The notes under the pieces are model-generated. The model saw nothing but the letters and a program-made list of their open reading frames with translations. It ran no database searches and was not told the DNA's origin. The translations under genes were made by a program, and so were the position numbers. From Vicugna vicugna (lineage: Eukaryota): 64,000 bases of DNA. The stretch covers positions 1,016,917 to 1,080,916 of the forward strand of contig MU058418.1 of the NCBI GenBank assembly GCA_013265495.1, given 5' to 3'. Below, in pieces: positions 53,443 to 64,000 of this stretch. Each line of letters opens with the position of its first letter. The stretch's first letter is position 1.

Positions 53443-55958
53443 TCTCAAGCCATTATAGTATCTTAAGAATGTTCTCATTTATGTAGTACGGGGGCATCTT
53501 CGTGTGTAAATTTAAACAAAGATCTGGTGATACACAGACAAGTATGCCTAGCCAACAAGATTTTTACCTGCTTCTATTTCCACCTGATGACCCATAATGT
53601 CACGGCAAGAGAGGAGATACTGAGAACTAGACACGAGGGAAGCTTTGAGGGTCCTTTGTTCCTCTATATGGATTAGAATTTCCAAACTTACTATAGAACA
53701 GAGATGCTCATCCCACAAGGACAGAAATGGAAAAAACAGAAAGCAAACAAGCTACAGGTGGCAGGTGTGGGAATAATTTTAGGGCAAGCAAACAGAGATG
53801 CTACATCATTGATAAAATCAAAGTCTAGAGAGCAAAGAATTAGAAAATGACCATTCTAATACTATTAGATACAAAGTAACTTTGTAAAAACTATTTTAGG
53901 TCTTGTGATTCTCTAGTGAGAGACACTGAGCTCACTTATTTTGGTGGCTCAAACAATATACTCCATCTTTCAATGTCATCAACTAAAATGCTGGTCCTCT
54001 AGCATATATGCCATGTCTTCATGCTTGCCTCCTTTCTCTACTCACAAAAATTAATTCTCAGGAAGGGATCATAACTTATTTACATTTAAGAATGTCAAAA
54101 CTAATGAGAACTCAGTTTTCTTTCTTACAAATGAAATGAACTTTCTCTAAACTTTGAAATTTCAGGCATCAGCAAAGGAAAGAATTAAGAGACATGATCA
54201 GAATGTTGCTAGGACCACACCCTAGAAGGGTTATCCCAATCACTTACTACTGTATCCGTTCCTCCTTTCTTCACATGGCTGTCCAGCTAGACTAAATCTC
54301 CCAGCTTCTTTTGTAGCCAAATGTGGCAATGGGGCCACACCCATGGCTAGAATGTGGATGTGATATTAGCAGCTCATAGTCAAGTCACAATACCAGTCCT
54401 GGACTGCCCAAGACCTTTTCATGTGAAAAAAATAAACTCCATTTTTGAGGTCTCTGTGAGAATAGTCCAAACGGTATCTTAATTGATACAAGCTTTTGGG
54501 TAAGGTACAGCGTATGTCACATTTTACTACCCTGTCCAATTTCCTAGTTTCTAAGTTAAATATTTCTTTAAAGAAGTATAACTTTGGCTGAAAGCTGTAA
54601 GTCATTTAACTAAAGAATCAGTAAACAGCAGTACCAAGATTATAGTATTGCTTTTCTTGGACTTTTCTTGGACATCTTATTTGATATTCAAAAAAATTAC
54701 TGATTCTGCTACATGGAAGCAGCATAATATGGCACAAAGTATTTAAAATCAAAGAACCTAAAAACAACAATTCAATCCTTTTTTTTGGTAAGCATTAATT
54801 ATGAAGGTGAGGAGATGGAAAATCTCTTATGGAATCACAAAAATAGCTAAAAATTAAAACACTTGAAGACTTCCTACTTAAAAGGTGTAGAGTGGCAATA
54901 TTAATAAAACACAAAGGTTTCTTTCTTAAATGGATATATATTTTGTCTTTTATAATTTCTGGCTTACTTTCATTATTATTACACAGGGATATAGACATGG
55001 GTGGTGCAAGACAGGGGCAAAAAGAGCTGGCTTGGCTGAATATAGTCAATGCCTTCACTTCTTCCCGAAAAGCTAAGCTGTTGGCATGTTTTCAGCTAGT
55101 ATCTAAATTGTCTCCCCTCTAAAAATAGTTTTCATCTTTGGCAAATTATCACTGGTTTTCCTCTCTCCTGTAAGGATCTGCTTTAAAAACATTTTTTTTT
55201 AATTTTGTTTTAGAATTTGCCTTTTTAAAATCCCATCAAGCTTACCAACCATTGCAGCTCCATTTATTTTTCTCATACTCCTCTGCTGCTGTCGTTTCTC
55301 AGAGACCTCTGAGAGCATGATGCCACCAGGGATAACCCTTGCTGTATATCTCAAGTGCCCTCGCTGGGGTGCTTTTTAAACTACTTCCCAAATCCCACTC
55401 CAACCTAATTAAAACAGAATCTCAAGGGTTTCAAAAGCTGATCTGAATGTTCAGTGAGAGTGAAAGAAAAAGTATGGGCTCTGAAGGTCACGAAATCTAG
55501 ATTCAAATCTGTTTTGCCATTTAATAGCTGTGACTTTGGGCAAGTTACTTAACCTTCCTAAATTTCACTTATTCCACTACTTGCCAAGAACAATGCCAGA
55601 TGTTGTGTAACGGTGATCATGACAGTCCTGTCCTCTAGGAGGTTACAGTAGAAGAAACAGGAACTAAAGGAAGCTGCAGACAGGCAAACAAACTTAATCC
55701 TAAAAGGGCTACAAGGACACACAGGAAGGAAATCCAGTCTACATTCCAGGGATCAGGAAAATCTCTCAAAAGGTAATAGTAAGGCTGAGTCCTGCAGGAC
55801 AAGTGATGATAGTTAGATGAGGCTGCTAAAGGAAGAAAGACTGTTTTTATCAAAGGAGGAAGTGTGTGCAAAGGCCTGGATACAAGCAGTCCAGCAGGAC
55901 TGAAATAAGAATAAGAGGGAGGGACAAAAGCTGAAGATCAACAGTGACCTCAGCTTCT

Positions 55959-56602
55959 TTTTTTTTTTATTTATTAAACTTTTTATTTTGAAATCATTGT
56001 CGATTCCCTTAGTTATCAAACATAAAAGAGACAGATCCTGTGTAACTTTTACCCAAATTCCCATAAATTTAACAGCTTGCAAAACTGTATCATAATGAGG
56101 ATGTTGACATTGATGTAACACACCAAGGAACTTGCATGGGGGGGAGGGTTGTTTATTTATCTCTGGACATTTTGTCACATCTGTAGGTTTATGTATTTAC
56201 CAACACAGTTAAGCTACAGAGCTATTTCATCATTACTATGATTTTTATTTTGCTCTTTTATAACACATCCATTTCCCTCCTCCCCAAGCCCCCATCCTTA
56301 ATCCCTGATAACTACTAATATGTTCTCTATTTCTAAAATTTTGCTATTTCAAAAATGCTGTGTAAATGGGGTCATACAACACATATCCCTTTGGTACTGA
56401 CTTTTTTGGGTACCATAATTGCCTTGATTTTCACTCAAGTTGTTACATGTGTCAATGTGTTCCCTTACATTTCTTTTTTTTTTTTTTTAACATTTTTTAT
56501 TGATTTATAATCATTTTACAATGTTGTGTCAAATTCCAGTGTTCAGCACAATTTTTCAGTCATACATGGACATATACACACTCATTGTCACATTTTTTTT
56601 CT
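55959..56602 (-). mobile_element. Retrotransposed unit: young L1 3' tail, poly(A), ~500-bp older L1MC-like 3'UTR, second poly(A) (putative 3' transduction)
   Basis: Perfect 19-bp TSD aacagtgacctcagcttct at 55940-58 / 56603-21; internal T15 at 56474-88; terminal T-run at 55958-68. Confidence 0.85.
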
Positions 56603-58220
56603 AACAGTGACCTCAGCTTCTACATTTGCAAAACAAGAATATTATCTGCTCTACTTGGTTACTTCAAAGATCAGATTGTATATATAGCAAAGTACCTTGA
56701 ACACACAGGTACTCATGTGATAAATGCCCTCATTTTTCAGCTTTAAGAAAAGCTGAAAAAAAGCTCACCTCTTATAAGCACCACTAGCCAATCAACAACA
56801 CACTTTTTCTTCAAGTCGTATCATCACAGCACAGAATTTAACAGTAAGCTCTTTCCAAATGTTTATTTTTCCTGGGTGCATCTTACCTACTGTGGATTAT
56901 TGAAGAGTCAACTCTTGGGTCTCAAGGGTGCTAACACTGACATTTCCTTCAAAAGGTTCAGACACTTGAGGGTGCCCCAATACGAGGCTGTAGATAACAA
57001 AGGTTTTAACGCACTATTTTAAATTAAATGAACTGCAGCTGTGAAGCAGTTCTGACTCAGGACCAGAATACTTCAAATCTAGCCCTGGCTTGGACACCAG
57101 TTAGATAATTTACTTTGGGTGAGGGACAACTTTCTGTGCCTTGGTTCCCATATCTGTCAAAATGAACAATATAGAACTGAGTCCCTAATAACAATATAAC
57201 AGGGCTATTTTTTAATTGTGTCTCCCCTACCTCATCCTAAGGGATTGGTTAGGCAAGAACAGACTCTTCAAAGCTAACAACATGCCTTTCCTCGATAGAG
57301 ATCCTGGAGGTCAGAGGTAGCTGGCAGCAAAGATGTTTATCAGACAACATATCATGGCCAACTGATATAGAGTCTGCAAATGTCCTTTGACTCCAAAATG
57401 TCTTGATTCTTTAAAATACTATTTTGACCCTTTAATAACACATTCTCATAAATCCTAAAAACAAGTCTAAAAATTAGTTTCTCAGTTTCCAATCAGGATA
57501 CTAATGACTGTCAATTTAAAATTACAGGACTCATCCAGAGAAGTATCACCAATATAGATTTAGAATGGTCAAGATGCTACTTTCACTATCTTTCTTGTCA
57601 CAACGTTTATTAACAGACTTTACTACTCACCCTTATGTTTTAATATACCTCAACTACAAAAACCTACTTTTGGAGCTATGTGAGGTGATAAATGTTAACT
57701 AAACTTATTGTGGTAATCATTTTTATATATGTATAAGGCAAATCATTACGTTGTATATCTTAAATACAATTTTATATGTCAATTATATCTCAAACTGGAA
57801 AAAAAGTACTAGTACAATTTTGGAAACATACTACCTTAAAATACGGGGTATTCTATATTTTTGGTCTTAAACACGAAATTTACCATGTTCTTAAATGGCA
57901 TCACAACTTCAAATATGGAATCACAAAATGTAACAAAAATGTAAAACATTAAAAAAAAAACTACCTGGCAAATTGCCTTCCTTTTATACCACAGTTGCCT
58001 CAGTGAAAGTATACTTGCATGCCAAGCAGGTTTCTTGATAAGAAAATCTAACCATTTTAGTAACTCATTTGCACATTAACACAGAAAATGCAGTTAGCTG
58101 ATCAATGACTTTTAATTTGAAAGATAGGTGAATTTAGAAAGAGGTAACTGTTGAGTGCTTGTTATGTACCAGTCACTGTGCTAAAAAGATTTATGTGCAT
58201 TGTGTCCTATGAGGTAGGTA

Positions 58221-58445
58221 CAGTCATCCCTCCATATCTGCGGGTGATTTAATTCTAGGACACACACGCCTCCATATCAAAATCTGCAGATGCTCAAGTC
58301 TCTTGTACTTTAAATGGTATAGTATTTGCATATAACCTACGCACATCCTCCCTTATACTTTAAATCTACCTAATATACAATGTAAATGTTATATGAATAG
58401 TTGCTGGTATGCAGCAAATTCAAGTTTTGCTTTTTGGAACTTTCT
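58221..58445 (+). mobile_element. MER2 (Tigger) fragment
   Basis: ta|cagtcatccctccatatctg...aaatctgcagatgctcaagtc...gtatttgcatataacctacgcacatcctcc. Confidence 0.8.
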
Positions 58446-61154
58446 GGGGAAGTGGAGCTTAGATTCTGTACCTTATTCTGCTAATAAATGATGAATCTTT
58501 TCTTTGAACTCAGAGCTCAAGAAAGATCCTTAACTTATTCCTGTTCAAAACAGTTGTCTCCAGGTACAATAGACCTCCAGGTTAAATTATACTTTCCAGA
58601 AGACTGAAGTTACATTATAGCACAAACTTCATAAACAGTGATGGAATTTCCCCTTTAGCCTTCTCTTTAATATGTCAAAATAATTCTAGACCATAAGCTT
58701 TCTAAAACCTTTAATCATTTATGGTGCTCTCTGCTATACCTATCCATTAGAACAATTTTAAAAAACATCAACACTGTACCAATTATTTTCAAAAGCCCAG
58801 ATACTAATCAACTGATCCTAATAGTCTTAAACACTAACCTCGAACGAAAAGATAAATGGAGATTGGAAGAATTGCATTCTAAAGTGCCACCATCTATATA
58901 AAATTACTCTGTGAATTAGGGTAATTTCAATCATATCCTACAAAATGGGACATTTTCCTCAAGACTAGAATTAGAGCTTAAGGGCCCAAACTCTGGAACA
59001 TAATATGGTTTGCTACATGTCAAATTCAACAGCAAAATGCAGGCAGTAGGGGCCTAGGGAGAGCAGGAACAGTTTAGAAAAGTAGTAATAAATAAAATGA
59101 CAAAATGATTTACCTGTTCATCTCACTGGCCTTAATACAAGACTGCAAAGACTCTGAAAAATCACATGCTGCTAAAATAAATCCAAGTATCTTACTGTAT
59201 GGTGTCCTGAGTTTTAAGTTAACATGTTAAATTATTAAGAGAAACCCCAATAGCATTTCATAAGCATTAGAAAACTCAGTTACATTTTCTTAGAGGGCAC
59301 ATGCATTTACGACTTGCAGTCATGAACGCTTAACAAACTGGTTTATATAATTTAACAAACCAGCATAGGTTACACTTTGTTAATTCCATAACTCATTAAT
59401 CACTCTTAAAAAGGATTATTTTCTTTAAAATACAAATAAACCATATACCATAAAACAAATTTAAGTCTCACATCAGCTACTTGGTAATAAAGAATCAGAT
59501 GAATTTTTAAAAATAATTAAGTTATCATACTAGAGTCTATTTAATATAACACACTCAGCAAGATAAATACAAAGTTATTAAATGGAGGAAGTGTAGGCAG
59601 GAGATTCCACTTCAATTGTGTGACAGGAAGTGCTAGCTCTGGAAGTTTAGAAACAGGAATACCAAGTTTCGTTTTAGCACAAGAAATAAAGGAAAATGTG
59701 CTGGTGAATAAAAGAGGAAGTTTTTTTTACAGAACAGTCTGCCATATATTTAAGACAATCCAAAATCATTCCAAAAGTTAAAAAAAAATGCCTCATTTTT
59801 TTATCAGGCCTACGTGATAATGTACTTCCCTAGGTACACTGGAGTCCCAATTTTACAGTTTCACTGTAACAAGACTGCTTGTGGTTCACATTTTATACAC
59901 GTTGGAAGACAAAGGTGGCTTGTAACATTAGCCTGTTAGTTTCATATGTTAGTTTGATGGTTAAGTTTTTAAGCAAAACTACACGGTAAGTAAATCATGT
60001 TTTAAAGTGTGTAAGTTTCACAGCAGTGTGAATAAACTGAACACTACTGAACTGTACGGTTAAAAATAGTTAAGACGGTAAATTCTGTTGTATTTTACCA
60101 CACCAAAAAAATGTGGAAAAATGAGAAATTACTCCACTTAAATATTAACAGTAACTCGTTACGTAAAATTTGATTACTCTAAGGCCCAATTCTTATGCTT
60201 AATTTTTAAGAAAATAATTTGTTGTTGTTGTTGTCATTAACAGCTGGATTCGTTTTCTGTAATTTTTAAAGATACTTCCATACATGAGTAAATTCTTTAA
60301 TCCTAGAAAGTGAAAGTGAAGCATTATTCTCAATTAGCATCTTTGAAATCATTTGAATTACTTACTGCCAACAAATACTAGTTATGAAATTATAAATGTG
60401 TTTCTACTTCAGCTGATTCCTTCACTCAGTGAAGTGCAAACCTCGAAATTAAGAGAGCAAGACCCCTAAATGAATAGGCTTTTCTTAAAACAGTTGTAGT
60501 TTTGGTTGTGAGGTAGGTAACACTCTCCACTCCTCAGCCTTAGCACGAAGGTGGCCAGAATGCTGAGGTCAATCATTTCCAATCAACGTTCTCGCCTGGC
60601 TCAGCCCTCTCAAATTCCTCAGGCTTTTGTAAACTCCCATGAGGTTCTGTTCAGAAAAGCGTGTAACCTAGGTGAGTTTGGTAGCTCGGGAAGAGCCTGG
60701 AGCAATCAGCTTGGCTTGGCCCCCTCGGGTAAAAGTCTCCAGGAAAAGAAAACTGGTACGCCTTCAACTTTGAGCAACCCCCCTTTCCCAGTCACATCTA
60801 GCTCCCCTCCGAAGAAGGGGTTGTGTTCTCGAAAGATCTACTCCTTCCCAACTCAAATGTCATTCCCAGATCAGCTGTTTGAGGGGCAAGCGGCGCTCAA
60901 CCCACGCCCTCTTTTTTTCGAGCACCTTCTTCAAGTGCCAGCACTGGATTCAGCTCACTGTGCAGCCCCTAGCCAAGCCTACGACGAAGAGGGATCCTGG
61001 CCCACGACCCCGCCGGTGGACAAGACTGCCCCACCGGGTCAACCGGAGGCCGGGCCTGAGCGGCCGTGGCCGCTGGAGCGGATGCTCCAGCGTCGGCTGG
61101 GGGCACCAGGGACCACAGGAGGGATCTCTCTGTAGGGTGTAAGAACGGCCTCAC

Positions 61155-61316
61155 CTTGACCCTGATTTCGTAGGTGGTGAAGCGGCCCCGGCCGACCCCC
61201 ACCGTCTGCGGGTTGCTCACATCTATCTCGAGGAAGTTGCTGGGCGGCCCGTAGGCGTCATTCAGGTTCTGCGGCTTGGTGATCAGCCGCCGGGTGTCCG
61301 CCACGGTCTCCGCCAT
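61155..61316 (-). CDS. SNX3: SNX3 exon 1 coding part (sorting nexin-3, PX-domain retromer adaptor)
   Basis: gaaATGG start. Encodes MAETVADTRRLITKPQNLNDAYGPPSNFLEIDVSNPQTVGVGRGRFTTYEIRVK; donor AAG|gtgagg. The four exons sum to 489 nt = 162 aa plus stop. Confidence 0.98.
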
Positions 61317-61642
61317 TTCGCTGCTGCAGCCGCCGCCGCCGCGGGCTCCCTCCGCCCACTCCGCGTTCTGCCGCTGCTGCCCGCCACCGGGACACCGGGC
61401 TCGCGCGCAGCGGTCGTAAGGCGAACGAGCACGTAGGGCGGGCGTTCACCCCGCGCGGGAAGCTCCTCCCCGCGCCCCTCTAGCTTCCGCTTTTTGTGCC
61501 CAGGAGGGGAAACAGATGACCCACCCGAACGCCGCGTCCGGAGCCAGGGAGACCCAGCGGAGGCCGCGGAGGGGAACTGCGGCCTAGGCGGCGACGAAGA
61601 AGCGCATTCACTGGACTTGTAGGCGCGAACAGGTTCCGGCCA

Positions 61643-61664
61643 GACTACAGTGCCCACAATGCAC
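61643..61664 (+). promoter_or_regulatory. ZNF143/THAP11-type ACTACAnnnCCCA(CAATGCA) promoter motif
   Basis: gactacagtgcccacaatgcac matches the ACTAYRnnnCCCR/SBS composite. Confidence 0.7.
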
Positions 61665-62569
61665 CGGGCGAGCGCGCGCCGCGGGGCTGCGGCCAAGGTG
61701 TTGTGGGGCCCGGGGTGCGGGGGCAGGCGCTTCCTGTCTTTCAGTGTCCTCCTCGGCCTGGAGCGGTGGGAACGAGGCCGGAAATGGTCTTCGCGGCCTT
61801 GGGCACTGCGGGGACAGAAGTTAAATGGTTAGAAAGGAGAGATTGCCCACAGTCCGAACAAAACTGTTTTCCTAACTTTATGCCATCCTGTCCACCGTAT
61901 CACCGTGAACCACTGAAAATGCTTTCCTAAATAACCTGGAACAAATGCCTCAAATGATAATTTTGACACCAACTTGAGAGTTTCACTGTACACGTGTCTG
62001 GGTTGGTACATTGAAGGTGTAAACTGGGAGAGTGGAATAAAAACAGCCTCACGAGATCATAGCCTACCGCAAACTTTTTGGGGAGACTGGTGGGCCCTCT
62101 AAAACAAAAGAACATTAATATATGGGCTGAAACCTGCCTTGAATTTCTGATTCTTTAATGATCTGCAAAATTTCGCCTTCAGTTCCCATAAAGTTCCAGT
62201 AAGTTAAAATATATATATATATCTCGCTACAGTTTTTGAAGTGAAACTCAGACAAGCCTCTATCAGAACTTTTTTTAGAAAGACAAAACAATTAAGTAGA
62301 TCATAGTTAAATCTCCAACAAATGCAGACCTTGAGCATTGAGGTAGAAAGATGAATGTCTATCCCTGTCTGGAGAGTTATCTCACTAGATAGTCCCATAT
62401 TTTCTGAGTTTTTTTGTATGTTGAGTATCATAAACTCCATTCACTTTAAATCTGATCTGTCTAAGCTGAAAAATTATCTGGATCATTAGCAACCATTCCT
62501 AATAACACTAAGAATAGTTGGAATAAAAAGAAATTACTTTAACATGTAGATTATTTTCGAGAAAACTCG

Positions 62570-63000
62570 GCATTCATTCAACAAACATTTATTGAAGATC
62601 TAGGAGGTATTTTCAACTCTAGATACTAGAGATAAAAGGCTGAAGAAAACACTAAGAAAACACACGAAATTCCCGGGGTGCGGGGGCAGGCGTTTCCTGT
62701 CTTTCAGTGTCCTCCTCGACCGGGAGCGGTGGGAAATTCCCTGATCTCATCAGGTTAATTATCTAGTATATTCTATATCTTGAGGAGCCAGATAATAAAC
62801 AAACCAATAATTAATGTATCTGTCAATATGATTGGTGCTATAAAGAAAATAAAACTGGATAATGTGAAAAATAAAAAAAATTTTTTAAAAAAGAACCTCA
62901 AAAAACCAAACCAAAACAAAAAAACTGGATAATGTGATAGTGACCCAGACAAGCTCGTTACGGTGGTCAGAGAAATCCTCTCGGAATATCTCTCTTTCAA
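62570..63000 (-). mobile_element. L2 3'-end relic carrying two small secondary insertions
   Basis: cattcattcaacaaacatttattga is the hallmark L2 terminus. Confidence 0.7.
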
Positions 63001-63369
63001 AGAGTAAGAGGAATATTAGGATAAGTTCGCCCAGGCAGCACTCACTGCTGGGCTTGCGGCCTGTTGCTAGACACCAGATGGAAACTTGGCTGATATGATT
63101 ACAGTAGTGAGCTCAAGAAATGTGTATAAATGACTCTAAATTGAAATATATGGCAGCTAAGAGACCAGGAACCACTGTATTATGTTGTCATCTGTGACAT
63201 CTGAACAAGGCAATCATGGGATATTCTTATAGAAAGCATCTGTCTCATTCCTTGCAGGTCACTCAGAGCAGCCTTTGGCAGCAGCCACAATTGCCTGCAG
63301 TGGGGAAGCAGCTACAGAGGATAGCGGCACAGTCATGCAGCTGAAGAAGAGTTTCCTGGGAGAAACATC

Positions 63370-64000
63370 AGAAAAAAAATTTACTTTTCAGGAGATATGA
63401 TTGTATTCCTGGAAAAATCCATGAATAAGCTGCTAGAATTAATAAGAGAACTTTGCAGATGAATGAAAGTAAAGAAGTTAATTTATCATTTTCCTCTGTC
63501 TAGGCAATGTCTAGTTAGACTGGCGATGGAAAAAAGTAGCCTATTCGTAACAGCAACCAAAACTAAAATCAAAGAAACAAATAAAACAAAAAACAGGGAG
63601 GCAGGCACAGGATCCATAGGAACAAAATTATGAAATTTTGTTAAAGGACATAAACCAAAATCTTGGTAAAAAAAGACTCCATGTTCCTGGATAGGAGGAC
63701 TTGATACAGAAAATTATCACTTCTTCTAAAATTAATAATGCAAATATAATCAGAATCCCACTGTGGTTGGTTTTACCCTCCTCTCTGCCTTGGATGTATG
63801 GGTAGTACTGGACAAGACTTTTTAAGAGTTCATTTGTTGGAAAATAACCAAGAAGATTATGAAAGTGAAAAAAATTAAAGTGAGATTTGCTTTACCAAAT
63901 GTTAAAACTCACTATAAAGCTACTGTAAACAAGAATATGCTTTTGGCTCTCTATTAAGCAAAGGGCAAAAACAGAAACAGACCCCAATAAAGAGCATGAT
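63370..64000 (+). mobile_element. Old L1 ORF2 (RT region) fragment running off the window
   Basis: ggagatatgattgtattcctggaaaa (GDMIVFLE, degenerate ADDMIVYLE); tccatgttcctggataggaggact; ctataaagctactgtaa. Confidence 0.8.

Larger units (their letters stand above)
60880..61860. promoter_or_regulatory. CpG island / SNX3 promoter
   Basis: Abrupt rise in GC and CpG density spanning SNX3 exon 1 and upstream. Confidence 0.92.

Noticed and set aside
60551..61135. 194-aa + strand ORF antisense to SNX3 intron 1
   Set aside because: GTG start, no recognisable domain; largely explained by stop-codon scarcity at the CpG-island edge.
60969..61154. Extension of the 115-aa SNX3 ORF beyond ...EIRVK
   Set aside because: Read-through into intron 1 past the AAG|gtgagg donor.
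1..64000. CRISPR arrays, operons, rRNA or other prokaryotic systems
   Set aside because: The sequence is intron-containing mammalian DNA; no regularly spaced repeat-spacer array or gene-dense segment was seen.

Overview
Mammalian genomic DNA, most likely camelid: there are five copies of a tRNA-Ala-like SINE resembling camelid Vic-1. The window holds the last three coding exons and 3'UTR of the nuclear receptor NR2E1/TLX (+ strand, 232-~5675). After ~18 kb of intergenic sequence comes the complete, convergently transcribed SNX3 gene (- strand, 4 coding exons, 489-nt CDS, 162 aa) with its CpG-island promoter at ~60.9-61.9 kb. The rest is intron or intergenic DNA rich in L1, L2/MIR, MaLR/ERV LTR and MER/Tigger relics. 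Repeat subfamily names come from recognition, not a database search. I found no new protein-coding system. The most notable signals are structural: (1) an apparent L1 3' transduction bounded by a perfect 19-bp TSD in SNX3 intron 1; (2) a 64-bp piece of the SNX3 promoter copied ~1 kb away between 9-bp direct repeats, creating a consensus NF-kB site; (3) an apparently perfect 352-bp tandem duplication in SNX3 intron 3; (4) a 353-bp, ~96%-identical dispersed duplication downstream of NR2E1; (5) several candidate cis-regulatory clusters.
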